From assembly GCA_051439685.1 (NCBI GenBank), contig JBFRWR010000793.1, positions 1-43,969 of the forward strand: DNA of 43,969 nt, given 5' to 3'. The notes under the pieces are model-generated. The model had not been told where the DNA came from, ran no database searches, and saw nothing but the letters and a program-made list of their open reading frames with translations. Positions 1-9,040 of this stretch are shown here, in pieces. Made by a program: the position numbers and the translations under genes. The stretch comes from Trichodesmium sp. (GTDB lineage Bacteria; Cyanobacteriota; Cyanobacteriia; Cyanobacteriales; Microcoleaceae). How positions within the stretch are numbered: the stretch's first letter is position 1; each line of letters opens with the position of its first letter.

Positions 1-159
1 AAACATTTCTATTCATGGATAACAAGCAAAAAAATTCCTTTGAGATAATCCTTCTCTGACAGAGGTGGTAATTATTAATTATTCGGTCAATATTCAGGTG
101 TAAGGAAAAAAAATAACTAGACCTAAAAACACTTGGAAATATACAGGGAAACTCTAGTA

Positions 160-830
160 TTTCAGGAAAATAGAAATATCTCAAATTTACCACTAATTCC
201 GCAAGCATTCAGCTATTAGCTGTTAGCGATCAGCAATAAAAACCTCAACCTTAAAGAGAAGATTTAAACAAATATAGACTTGAAAACTAGATTTTGTCAT
301 CAGATAAAATTTCTGAATCATAAAGCTTTTCTCAAAAATTCAAAGCAATAGCTGATGGCTTATAGCTGAAGGCTGAATGCTTACCTAATTCCCCACATTC
401 TTAAGCCAATCAGACCTAGTATTGTTGTTGGTTCGGGAGTTGCTTTTACATCTGTTGTTGTTATTTCCAAGACAAGATTAGCACCAGAAAATAGTGAGAT
501 TTCTTTGCTGTCTAAAGTCAAGGAATTATTACCTCCTACAATAGGACTGGTTCATAAAATAAAAGTAACTAAATTATTAGTGTCACTATCAAGAAAATCC
601 ATAACTGTAGAGTCATTAAAAGATAGTGTATCTCCTTTATTTACACCAGACAAAGATATTTTACCCAGCAAAGTAACGTCAGACGATAAAAATTCTGTTG
701 TTCCTATATTATTCCCTGGTGCATTGTTCTAGGTAATTGTATTTTATCCCCAATTTTCTCCTGGATTACCATAATTTAAACCATAATTTTCAAGAGTACC
801 AAAACTAAGACCTTAACGGTGGGTTTGAAA
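160..830 (-). pseudogene. Decayed PEP-CTERM-sorted surface protein with a DNRLRE/CBM96-like domain
   Basis: My minus-strand translation reads GTLENYGLNYGNPGENWG*NTIT*NNAPGNN...DFLDSDTNNLVTFIL*...LDSKE...ATPEPTTILGLIGL in one frame with 3 internal stops. The PEP motif is followed by a hydrophobic stretch that the MITE at 201-384 cuts. Boundaries are approximate. Confidence 0.75.
201..384. mobile_element. MITE family A (TIR GTAAGCATTCAGC...GCTGAATGCTTAC) with 8-bp TSD CTAATTCC
   Basis: Inverted termini GCAAGCATTCAGC / GCTGAATGCTTAC. CTAATTCC occurs at both 193-200 and 385-392. Related copies at 6080-6386, 22864-23550 and about 25882-26112. Confidence 0.8.
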
Positions 831-927
831 TTTCCAACCAAAAATAATAGCTGATAGCTGATAGCTGAATGCTTACCAACTTAGCCATAGTTTAAATATT
901 TGGTAAAGTTTTACAGTTTAGTCTCAT

Positions 928-1680
928 TTACTTTTGCATATCCCTATACCAAGGTGTTAATAATCTGCGAATAGGACGAATAACTAAATATTCAGATATT
1001 AAAATTAATACCACCGCTACAAGAACCCAAGCCATAACTTCCGCCGTATCTAGATTAATTCTAGCAATATTCATTTCTGCACCAATACCAGTTTCAGATG
1101 ATAATAATTCTGACATTATTGCTACTCGCCAAGCTAATCCTAATCCTGATGCTATTGAGGGAAATAAACTAGATAATAAATGTGGATAATATAAATCTAC
1201 TAATAAAATTTGTATCGGTATTTTCAAAGTATTAGCCATTTCTAAAAGTTGTGAATTAATATTTCTCACACCTTCCACAGCACCAATAAATATAATCGGT
1301 AAAGTAGCAACAGCAACGGTAAATATTGCTGTGGAATTACCAGTACCAAACCAAAGTAATGCAATTACAATCCAAGCAATAGGTGGTACTCCTTGCAAAG
1401 CAGTAATTAGAGGTCTAATAGCCCGACTAATAAAAGGTTTTATCCCAGCTATTATTCCTAAAATACTGCCAATAACTGTGGCTATTGTAAAACCACTAAT
1501 AGCATCGAAGGTAGTAGTTAAAATAGCTAGAGTTAATTTATTTGTAGTTGCTAAATTTTGCAAAGCTACTAAAGTTTCTAGGGGAGAAGGTAGAATAATT
1601 GAACTATACTGGATTGCTACTACCTGCCAGATAATTATAAATCCAATTAAGCCGATTAATTCAGGTAAAATAAATGGCAT
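928..1680 (-). CDS. ABC transporter permease, NitT/TauT (nitrate/sulfonate/taurine) family
   Basis: 250 aa with multiple TM helices. LPSP motif, 'LQGVPPIAW', an EAA-like loop 'LLEMANTL', and 'AWRVAIMSELL...GIG'. Confidence 0.88.
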   Translation of the reverse strand: MPFILPELIGLIGFIIIWQVVAIQYSSIILPSPLETLVALQNLATTNKLTLAILTTTFDAISGFTIATVIGSILGIIAGIKPFISRAIRPLITALQGVPPIAWIVIALLWFGTGNSTAIFTVAVATLPIIFIGAVEGVRNINSQLLEMANTLKIPIQILLVDLYYPHLLSSLFPSIASGLGLAWRVAIMSELLSSETGIGAEMNIARINLDTAEVMAWVLVAVVLILISEYLVIRPIRRLLTPWYRDMQK

Positions 1681-1701
1681 TATTTTGGCGAATTAGTATG
1701 A

Positions 1702-1838
1702 GTAGGGGTGTGGAGACCACACCCCTAGAGTTATTGTTTTTTTATAGTTATTCAACTAAACAAGATATTATACCAAATGCAGTATAAATATACCCGTTAT
1801 CTCCCATCTAGTAGAGACATTTCATGCAAAGTCTCTAC
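1702..1838. repeat. Two GTAG-type REP-like palindromes
   Basis: GTAGGGGTGTGG-AGA-CCACACCCCTA (1702-1727) and GTAGAGAC...GTCTCTAC (1811-1838). Similar palindromes at 41837-41864 and 43840-43867. Confidence 0.6.
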
Positions 1839-1869
1839 AGGATTTTCACTTCAATAAATTTAGCTAAGT

Positions 1870-2472
1870 TTATTTCATAAATGAACCTACTACACCATTC
1901 ATATCACTATCTAAAGGATCGCCCAAAGCAGTAAATTTCCACAATGTATTATCTCGATAAACTGCTCCCATCAACATTGATATTTTACCTTCATAAGTAC
2001 CATTAGCAGATAAAGTATATTTTGCTATTTCTACCCCTTTATTATCAACAGCTCTCACAAAAGCATTTTCTACCATTCCAAATTGTTGTTTCCTGTCTTT
2101 TGCTTGATAAATACTTACTGCTAGAATAATTTTTGTATATTTTTCAGGAATAGAATTTAGTTTTAAGATGATTTGTTCATCGTCTCCTTCCCCTTCTCCG
2201 GTGAGATTATCTCCTGAATGAATTATTGTCTTATCATTTGATTCCAAATGACCATAATAAATTACATCTTCTTTGTAGTTTTTTACCTTGCCATTTTCTC
2301 CTAATAAAATTGCATAACCATCAAGGTCAAAATCCGATCTATTACCGAATAAACCAGCTAAACCACCTCCAGATTTTGATACATCCCATCCTAAACCCAT
2401 TGTCAGTCTTGATAGATCATATTCACTTTTATCAAGTACAATTTTTTGTCCTTTTTTCAGATTAATTGTCAT
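1870..2472 (-). CDS. TerD-family stress protein (TerZ-like)
   Basis: MTINLKKGQKI, MGLGWD, DFDLD, HSGDNLTGEGEGDDE and WKFTALG. The Gly-rich 'GGGLAGLFG' insert is typical of TerZ/YceC-like members. Confidence 0.88.
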   Translation of the reverse strand: MTINLKKGQKIVLDKSEYDLSRLTMGLGWDVSKSGGGLAGLFGNRSDFDLDGYAILLGENGKVKNYKEDVIYYGHLESNDKTIIHSGDNLTGEGEGDDEQIILKLNSIPEKYTKIILAVSIYQAKDRKQQFGMVENAFVRAVDNKGVEIAKYTLSANGTYEGKISMLMGAVYRDNTLWKFTALGDPLDSDMNGVVGSFMK

Positions 2473-2515
2473 AGATTTATTACCCTAATATAAACTTTGA
2501 AAAATTTTAACAGAA

Positions 2516-2730
2516 GTAAGATGTTATTTCAGTTATCAGTTAGCCTCCTGCGGAGGAACTGCGCTAACAGTTATCAGTACCTCCGACTAAACTCGGAGGC
2601 TGAAAATACTGAGTCATTTCAGTTAGCCTCCTATCGGAGGAACTACGTTATCAGTGAAACTCCGACTAAACTCGGATGCTGAAAATACTGAGTTAAATAT
2701 TTTTTCATTCCCTTAAAAGGGGAGGGTTTA
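2516..2730. repeat. Dispersed MITE-like repeat with an internal ~84-bp duplication and SDR-like inserts
   Basis: The unit CAGTTAGCCTCC...CTCCGACTAAACTCGGA.GCTGAAAATACTGAGT occurs twice. An inverted related copy lies at about 22260-22455. Confidence 0.65.
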
Positions 2731-3694
2731 GACCTGCAAATTTGGCAAAAAAACAGAATTTACTCTACTAAATAAAATCTATATTTTCAAGCTCCGCTAC
2801 AAAATATTTAGCCAATAAATTGATTTTAGTAATTAGTATTTAGATTAATTTTTGCTCAGAATAATTTTTAGGTTTTATGCCAAATATACTTTAGTCAGGA
2901 GATATTTAAAAAAGTCAAAATCTTTGCCTAATTAGGATTTTTATTTTTCTATTTTTACCCTATAAAAACCAGATTTGGTATTAGGAGTTAGTCAGGGAAA
3001 TATCGAAAAGTTAATGAATTTTATAGTAAGGATTCAGCTATGAGCTTTTTCATTAATGAATCAAGCATTCATTTAACTGCTACTACTGGACTGACAAACC
3101 TTAAATGGTGCAATAGTAGGGGCTGGTTTTAGCTAGAATTTTCATGGTTACTCTAAGATTAAATAAACCCGCCCTAATAATAGTTTTTTCCTTTTTTCAA
3201 GGTAACGTAGCTGTTAGCTGATAACGCAGTTCCTCCGATAGGAGGCTAGCTGACTGCTGTTTGCGCAGCATTCCGCAGGAAATGCTTATGTTTTATAATT
3301 CTGTGTAACTTCAAATAAAATTGGTACAAAATTACTTTTTATCTACTGGTATTACTTAAGGATTGCTGATTAAATATCAAAGCATTGAAAAATAAATTGT
3401 GTAACCGTTTTAGACCAAAAAAAAGTTTAACTTTTTCAGCTTAAGTAATCAAAAAATGAGGATTTTGAGCCAACTATCCCAGAAAAATTAAGGGATAATT
3501 ATTCTTTTCCTCCTCTAAATTTCCGGTTCCTCCTAACTCCTGGCTCCTGACTCCTGTCCCTCACAAAAGACTTTTTTAGCAAACCCTCGTTAGAATTTTT
3601 GTTCAAATAATCAACGAAAATCATTAACCTAATAATCTAAACTATTTGTGAATTCAGTCAATCAATTATATTTGAACCAAATCAATTTAAAAAA

Positions 3695-4303
3695 CTACTT
3701 TGTACCAGTTTGCCAATTAAAGCCATATTCATAAAATTTGTCTGCTTGTCTATGTCCTTGAAAATATTTTTCCTCTTTCGTAATGATAATTTGGGAGTTA
3801 ATATTGTTCACCAATGCTGCTGCACAAAAGCTACGATTACTATCAGGATTATTCAATTCTAAATCAACTTCTTCACCATTACTTATCTTGAAAAACATTC
3901 TTCCATGTACAGACTTAAAATCTCTAGCACCTTCATAAATAAAACAAAAAAATAGCACTCTTTTAATTAAGTCCGATCTGAAAATGTACATATTTTCACC
4001 ATCATTTGCTGTACCAGTTCGATCATCTTTATCTAAATAGATATAAGGTGAAGTTTTGCTAGACCCAAAATTGTTTCCTAAAGGTTGAATAACTCCCTTT
4101 TCACCATTCATCATTTCATACATACACCCTAAATCTAAATCTGGCCTACTATTACTACTAAATATTCTTTCTATGAAACTACCTTGACTATTTTTAACAG
4201 CTTCCCAATTAAGATTGACATGAACTCGAACAGGATTACTTCTCTCCTCTTTGTTCAAGTTGATTTTATGAAAGTCGCCAGTTTTTTCTAGTTTAATCAC
4301 CAT
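3695..4303 (-). CDS. terA: Tellurium-resistance TerA-like protein (TerA C-terminal TerD-like domain)
   Basis: 'VNLNW', 'DLDLGCMYEM..GEKGVIQPLGNNFGS...PYIYLDKDDRTG...GENM', 'FIYEG' and C-terminal 'YGFNWQTGTK' match the TerA pattern. Confidence 0.8.
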   Translation of the reverse strand: MVIKLEKTGDFHKINLNKEERSNPVRVHVNLNWEAVKNSQGSFIERIFSSNSRPDLDLGCMYEMMNGEKGVIQPLGNNFGSSKTSPYIYLDKDDRTGTANDGENMYIFRSDLIKRVLFFCFIYEGARDFKSVHGRMFFKISNGEEVDLELNNPDSNRSFCAAALVNNINSQIIITKEEKYFQGHRQADKFYEYGFNWQTGTK

Positions 4304-4399
4304 AGTTTTAACCTTTTATAGTAACAACAAGGTATTTTTGACTTTGATTTTTCAAAATTTTGATTTTTTAGCTGTAGCTAAACTCAAAATATTTTTTAG

Positions 4400-4975
4400 C
4401 TACTCATAAACGTATTTTTCAACAAAAGTTTGTAACCCAGCGTTATATCCTGTTCCCACTGCTTGAAATCTCCATTCACCATTTTTTTTGTAGAGACGAC
4501 CAAATTCTATTGCAGTTTCTCTAGAAAAATCTTCTTCTAACTCATACTTTGTTATTTCCTCTTGAGTCTCTAAGTTGTAGAGTCTAATAAAAGAATTTTT
4601 AACTTGTCCGAAATTTTGTCTTCTTTGATCTGCTTCATGGATAGTAACAACAAAAAGTAGTTCTTCAATACTAGAATTAACATGAGTTAAATCTACTTCT
4701 ATTGTTTCATCATCCCCCTCTCCTTCTCCAGTTCTATTATCTCCCCAATGTTTGACTGAACCATCTGGAGATTTTAAATTATTGTAGAAAACAAAGTATT
4801 CATCCTCTGGAATTTTTCCGTTATTTTCTAACATAAATACAGAGGCGTCTAAATCAAATTCTGTACCTGTATCAGTAGGATTAACATCCCATCCCAAACC
4901 TACAGCTACTTTTGTTAAGCCTGGTGCATCTTTAGAAAGATTAATTCTGTGACCTTTGCTGAGTTTAACAGACAT
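4400..4975 (-). CDS. terD: TerD-family protein
   Basis: VGLGWD, FDLDASVF, FVFYNN, GDNRTGEGEGDDE, QNFGQV, WRFQAVG. Confidence 0.92.
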   Translation of the reverse strand: MSVKLSKGHRINLSKDAPGLTKVAVGLGWDVNPTDTGTEFDLDASVFMLENNGKIPEDEYFVFYNNLKSPDGSVKHWGDNRTGEGEGDDETIEVDLTHVNSSIEELLFVVTIHEADQRRQNFGQVKNSFIRLYNLETQEEITKYELEEDFSRETAIEFGRLYKKNGEWRFQAVGTGYNAGLQTFVEKYVYE

Positions 4976-5426
4976 TTATTTTTCCTCTCTTAATAAATAA
5001 CTTTACACATCTTTCAAGATGATAATTATTTGTCTTGATTAGATTATCTTTTCCCTTATAGGGTGAATAAAAATTGTTGACAGGGTTGTTAATCTTGGTT
5101 GCTGTTTTAATTCATCTCCTTTTTTCTCTTCTTATACCAATTTAATGTAAGAATGTCACAAATAATTTCAAACTTTAAATCTTAAATAATTTCCTGAAAC
5201 TATTGTTGTTTTGTCAAAGTATTTACTAATCTCTAATCTAACTTTTGACTTCTGACTTCCAGCAAACGGTATTAGTTTTTTTATGAAGTTGAAAGAGGAT
5301 GAGAATTATTGATGGAGTAAAGTTTAGGAAAGAGTAGATAAGTAAATTTTTAATTTTAGAAAAAATAGATATCTTTACTTACTTCTCAAAGTTTTGAGTT
5401 AATTTTCTAACCTAAACAACTTACCA

Positions 5427-5470
5427 ATGGATAATGGATAATGGATAATGGATAATGGATAATGGATAAT
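5427..5470 (+). repeat. Heptamer tandem repeat (AATGGAT)n, STRR-like
   Basis: About 6 tandem copies. Other heptamer tracts: GGGAATA (11041-11072), CAATTAT (about 11986-12018), CTACTCC (about 35685-35728), CTCCTGW (about 43420-43450 and 43885-43916). Confidence 0.85.
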
Positions 5471-5537
5471 TAATAATTGATAATTAATCAATTCGATTTA
5501 ATACCAATTTTATCTAAAGCTGCATATAATTATTAAT

Positions 5538-5641
5538 TACAGTACTTTTTAGGATGGTGAGGTACAGTTGAAAACTAATCTCTATTTCATATTTACTAAA
5601 GTGATAAAAATTTGTACCTCACTAACTCCGAAACTGCTGTA
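5538..5641. mobile_element. MITE family B (TA-flanked; CAGCAGTT..GAGGTACA / TGTACCTC..AACTGCTG), nested in a family G element (about 5501-5713)
   Basis: Inverted termini with TA flanks. A near-identical inverted copy lies at 43209-43312. Confidence 0.75.
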
Positions 5642-6031
5642 AGTTGCTTATCTTGATATACAGTAAACTCTGATTAAAATTTTATTCTATGCAACTTCAT
5701 TTTAATTCTGTTTAAAGCTTCTCCTGTTAAATAGATAATTGATAATTAGAGAAAATTTTGACAATCATTCATTACTATTATTCATTGTTCATTATCCCAA
5801 TTACCATTAATCAGATTTCGCTATTTTCAATTCCGTTAAGATTTTAACAACTAGGTAATTATCCATTATCAATGAATGAACTCTATTTTATAGCATGGCT
5901 ATTTAATTATAGAATCAAGTGACAATTTTACTAGCTTTTAGAGATTGGTTAATATAACCTTCAATCCAGGAAAAGTCATATTTTCGTTAATGCACAAAAA
6001 GTCAGAAATTAGAACAAAATATCCCTAATTT

Positions 6032-6454
6032 TATAGGGTTTCTCAAAGTAGTCTAGTGAGGTACACCTAGATTTTTTTTGTAAGCATTAAGCCGTCAACT
6101 ATCAGCTATCAGCTATTGCTTTTGGTATGAATTTAAAGCTGTATTAATTAAGCCAGAATTAAACCTTACTACAAAAATTGTTAAAGTCTATATCCGTTTA
6201 AAATCTCTCCTGAAAATTAGGGTCTTATTGCTGTTTGCGTAGCATTTCCGAGGAAAAACTAACAGCTATAGCAATCAGGAATGAGATGTGAGAATTTGAC
6301 TGTTCCCTATTCCCTGTTCCCTGTTCCCTAAAAGTATTCCATATCTCACAACTCAAATCATATTGCTATAATAGCTGAATGCTTACATTTTTTTGCTGTT
6401 CCCTATTTATCGAAAACTATAATTTTGTATCTCACCAGTAGAAGAATTACTATA
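6032..6454. mobile_element. Nested MITE stack: B (6032-6454) contains A (6080-6386), which contains C (6267-6370)
   Basis: Three concentric pairs of inverted termini: TATAG..GAGGTACA/TGTATCTC..CTATA, GTAAGCATT/AATGCTTAC and TATAGCAAT/ATTGCTATA. Confidence 0.7.
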
Positions 6455-6703
6455 TGAGATTTATCTGAATATTTTAGGCTCCATTAATTAATGGCAATTA
6501 ATTATTTGACAAACATTCAGCTATTAGTGATTAGCACTCAGCAATAAAAAGAATAAAATTCTCTAATTTTAGTTATAACTTATATAGATAATTCAGACTT
6601 GATTTTGCCATAAACTAATAGCTGATAACTAATAGCTGCTTGTCGATAATTACCCAGAAAATCTTACATTATTTGACTAAACTTGATAATTTGACTAAAG
6701 CAA

Positions 6704-7273
6704 TTAGGCATATTTTTGTACGAAACTTTCTAAACCAGAATTATAACCTTCTCCTACTGCTTGAAATCTCCATTCACCATTCTTTTTATACAATTTACCA
6801 AACTCTATAGCTGTTTCTCTAGAAAAGTCTTCTTCTAGTTCATACTTCGTTATCTCCTCTTGAGTTTCCCCATCATAAATTCTAATATAAGAATTTCTCA
6901 CCTGCCCAAAATTTTGCCTTCTTTTATCTGCTTCATATATAGTCACAACAAAAATAATTTCTTCAATTGTCGAATCAACTTTTGATAAATCTACAGTAAC
7001 AGTCTCATCATCCCCTTCTCCTTTTCCTGTACGACTATCTCCCATCGACTCTACTGAGCCATCATCAGATTTAAGGTTATTATAAAAAACAAAATATTTT
7101 TCTTGAGGAATTTTGCCATTTGCTCCTAACATAAATACAGAAACATCAAGGTCAAAATCTGAACCTGTATCTGAGACATTGACATCCCATCCTAAACCTG
7201 CTGTAGCTTTTTTCATTCCAGGCGCTTCTTTAGATAGACTAATTCTTTCACCTTTAGTCAGATTAATACTCAT
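6704..7273 (-). CDS. terD: TerD-family protein (close paralogue of 4400-4975)
   Basis: AGLGWD, FDLDVSVF, FVFYNN, GDSRTGKGEGDDE, QNFGQV, WRFQAVG. A GAGG RBS lies upstream. Confidence 0.92.
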   Translation of the reverse strand: MSINLTKGERISLSKEAPGMKKATAGLGWDVNVSDTGSDFDLDVSVFMLGANGKIPQEKYFVFYNNLKSDDGSVESMGDSRTGKGEGDDETVTVDLSKVDSTIEEIIFVVTIYEADKRRQNFGQVRNSYIRIYDGETQEEITKYELEEDFSRETAIEFGKLYKKNGEWRFQAVGEGYNSGLESFVQKYA

Positions 7274-8050
7274 ATTTATTATTTCCTCGATTTATTTACT
7301 ATCTTTAACTACAAATCACAAAACTATTATTACGGAAAATCATCAAAACAACATTTTAATTAAAATCTCTAGGAATGGCAAAAATATGATTAAAAGAAAA
7401 CTTTTCTATCGAACATAAAATTGAAACCTCGATTGTAGATAGACTAATTCTTTCACCTTTAGTCAGATTAATACTCATATTTATTATTTCCTTGAATTAT
7501 TTACTATTTTTAACTACAACTCACAAAACTATTATTACGGAAAATCATCAAAAGCAGATTTTAATTAAAATCTCTAAGAGTGATAAAAATCGGATTAAAA
7601 CCAAACTTTTCTATCCAACATAAAATTAAAACCTCGATTGTAGACAGACTAATTCTTTCACCTTTAGTCAGATTAATACTTATATTTATTATTTCCTCGA
7701 TTTATTTACTATTTTTAACTACAAATCACAAAACTATTATTACGGAAAATCATCAAAACCAGATTTTAATTCAAATCTTTAATAGTGATAAAAATATGAT
7801 TAAAACCAGACTTTTCTATCGAACATAAAATTCAAACCTCGATTTTAGATAGACTAATTCTTTCACCTTTAGTCAGATTAATACTCATATTTATTATTTC
7901 CTTGAATTATTTACTATCCTTAACTACAACTAACCAAAATCTTATTACGGAAAATGATTAAAACGAGATTTTAATTAAAATCTCTAATAGTGATAAAAAT
8001 CGGATTAAAAGCAAAATTTTCTATTAGTCATAAGATTCAAACCTCGATAG
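7231..8050. repeat. Tandem array of 4 x 205 bp, each unit carrying the terD upstream region, RBS and first 14 codons
   Basis: Units start at 7231, 7436, 7641 and 7846 with TAGAYAGACTAATTCTTTCACCTTTAGTCAGATTAATACT. The period is exactly 205 bp. Confidence 0.95.
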
Positions 8051-8204
8051 TGTCTATTGAAAAATATCTTTGATTAGGACAAGGAAAAAAGAAAAATTGC
8101 TTTTTTTAACAGTGCTAGATTTTTAGTATTTATAACTGCAAAAATTTAGTATCTTAAGGAGACAAGGGTGGAAAAATAAAGCAACAATTTTTTCTCCTAT
8201 TTCT

Positions 8205-8310
8205 GGCGTTGCTGAACGAAGGGATGAATTTGTACTTCCTCTTTCTCTAAAACTATAATTCCTCCCACACTCCCCACACCCACTAATTCATCCCGGAAAT
8301 ATCCAACGCC
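8205..8310. mobile_element. 106-bp MITE, TIR GGCGTTG, 8-bp TSD CTATTTCT (IS1595/IS1-like signature)
   Basis: GGCGTTGCTGA...ATCCAACGCC, with CTATTTCT at 8197-8204 and 8311-8318. Confidence 0.8.
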
Positions 8311-8324
8311 CTATTTCTTAACTC

Positions 8325-8858
8325 CTAATTCCCTGATTTAAAAATTTGTTTCTGATATTCATCTTCTGTCATTAAATCTGTGGTACTTTCCACACGATCT
8401 AAAAATACTAAACCTTCTAGATGATCGTATTCATGCTGAAAAATCCTAGCAACAAAATCTGTTAATTCTTGTCTTTCTAATTTTCCTTCTCGATTAGTAT
8501 ATTCTACATTTATTACCCTATATCTTGGTACTAAACCTCTAATTCCAGGTACACTTAAACAACCTTCCCAACCCTTAACCATCTCTTCTGAATGAGAAAT
8601 TATTCTAGGGTTAATCATAGGTGTAGGTTCCATTTTCGGAGCATTAGGATATCTGATATTCGGTCTAGATGCAACAATAAATAAGCGATCGCTAATTGAG
8701 ACTTGTGGAGCAGCAATTCCTACACCATTTGTTTCAATTACTGTGGTAATTAAATTATCAATTAGTTGTTGGAAATTTTTATCCCAAATATTGTTAACTA
8801 CTTGAGCTTGATATCGTAATATTTTATTGCCTAATTGAGCTACCTTTAATACTGCCAT
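8325..8858 (-). CDS. def: Peptide deformylase
   Basis: Motifs GVGIAAPQ, EGCLS and QHEYDHLEG. The ATG at 8858 (MAVLKVAQLG) is preferred over the upstream TTG. Confidence 0.95.
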   Translation of the reverse strand: MAVLKVAQLGNKILRYQAQVVNNIWDKNFQQLIDNLITTVIETNGVGIAAPQVSISDRLFIVASRPNIRYPNAPKMEPTPMINPRIISHSEEMVKGWEGCLSVPGIRGLVPRYRVINVEYTNREGKLERQELTDFVARIFQHEYDHLEGLVFLDRVESTTDLMTEDEYQKQIFKSGN

Positions 8859-9040
8859 TAATTTTTTCCTCTGCAAATTTTGATCGTTGATGTAATAAAA
8901 AATAGGGAATAAAGAACTTTTTCTAATTCTTATATTCCCTACTTTAGCAAAACTAAAACGTTATAGCTTTAAGCTGCTGTTCATAGTTCTTTTATTCTCT
9001 AAATTCAAGTAAAACATAAATTTTCAAAACAACTGCCAAA

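Noticed and set aside
505-732. 75-aa plus-strand ORF
   Set aside because: It is the antisense shadow of the PEP-CTERM pseudogene.
7231-8050. CRISPR array or repeat-encoded proteins (ORFs 7113-7418 and 7580-7828)
   Set aside because: The units are 205 bp and contiguous, with no unique spacers and no cas genes. The plus-strand ORFs are antisense read-throughs of the repeat.
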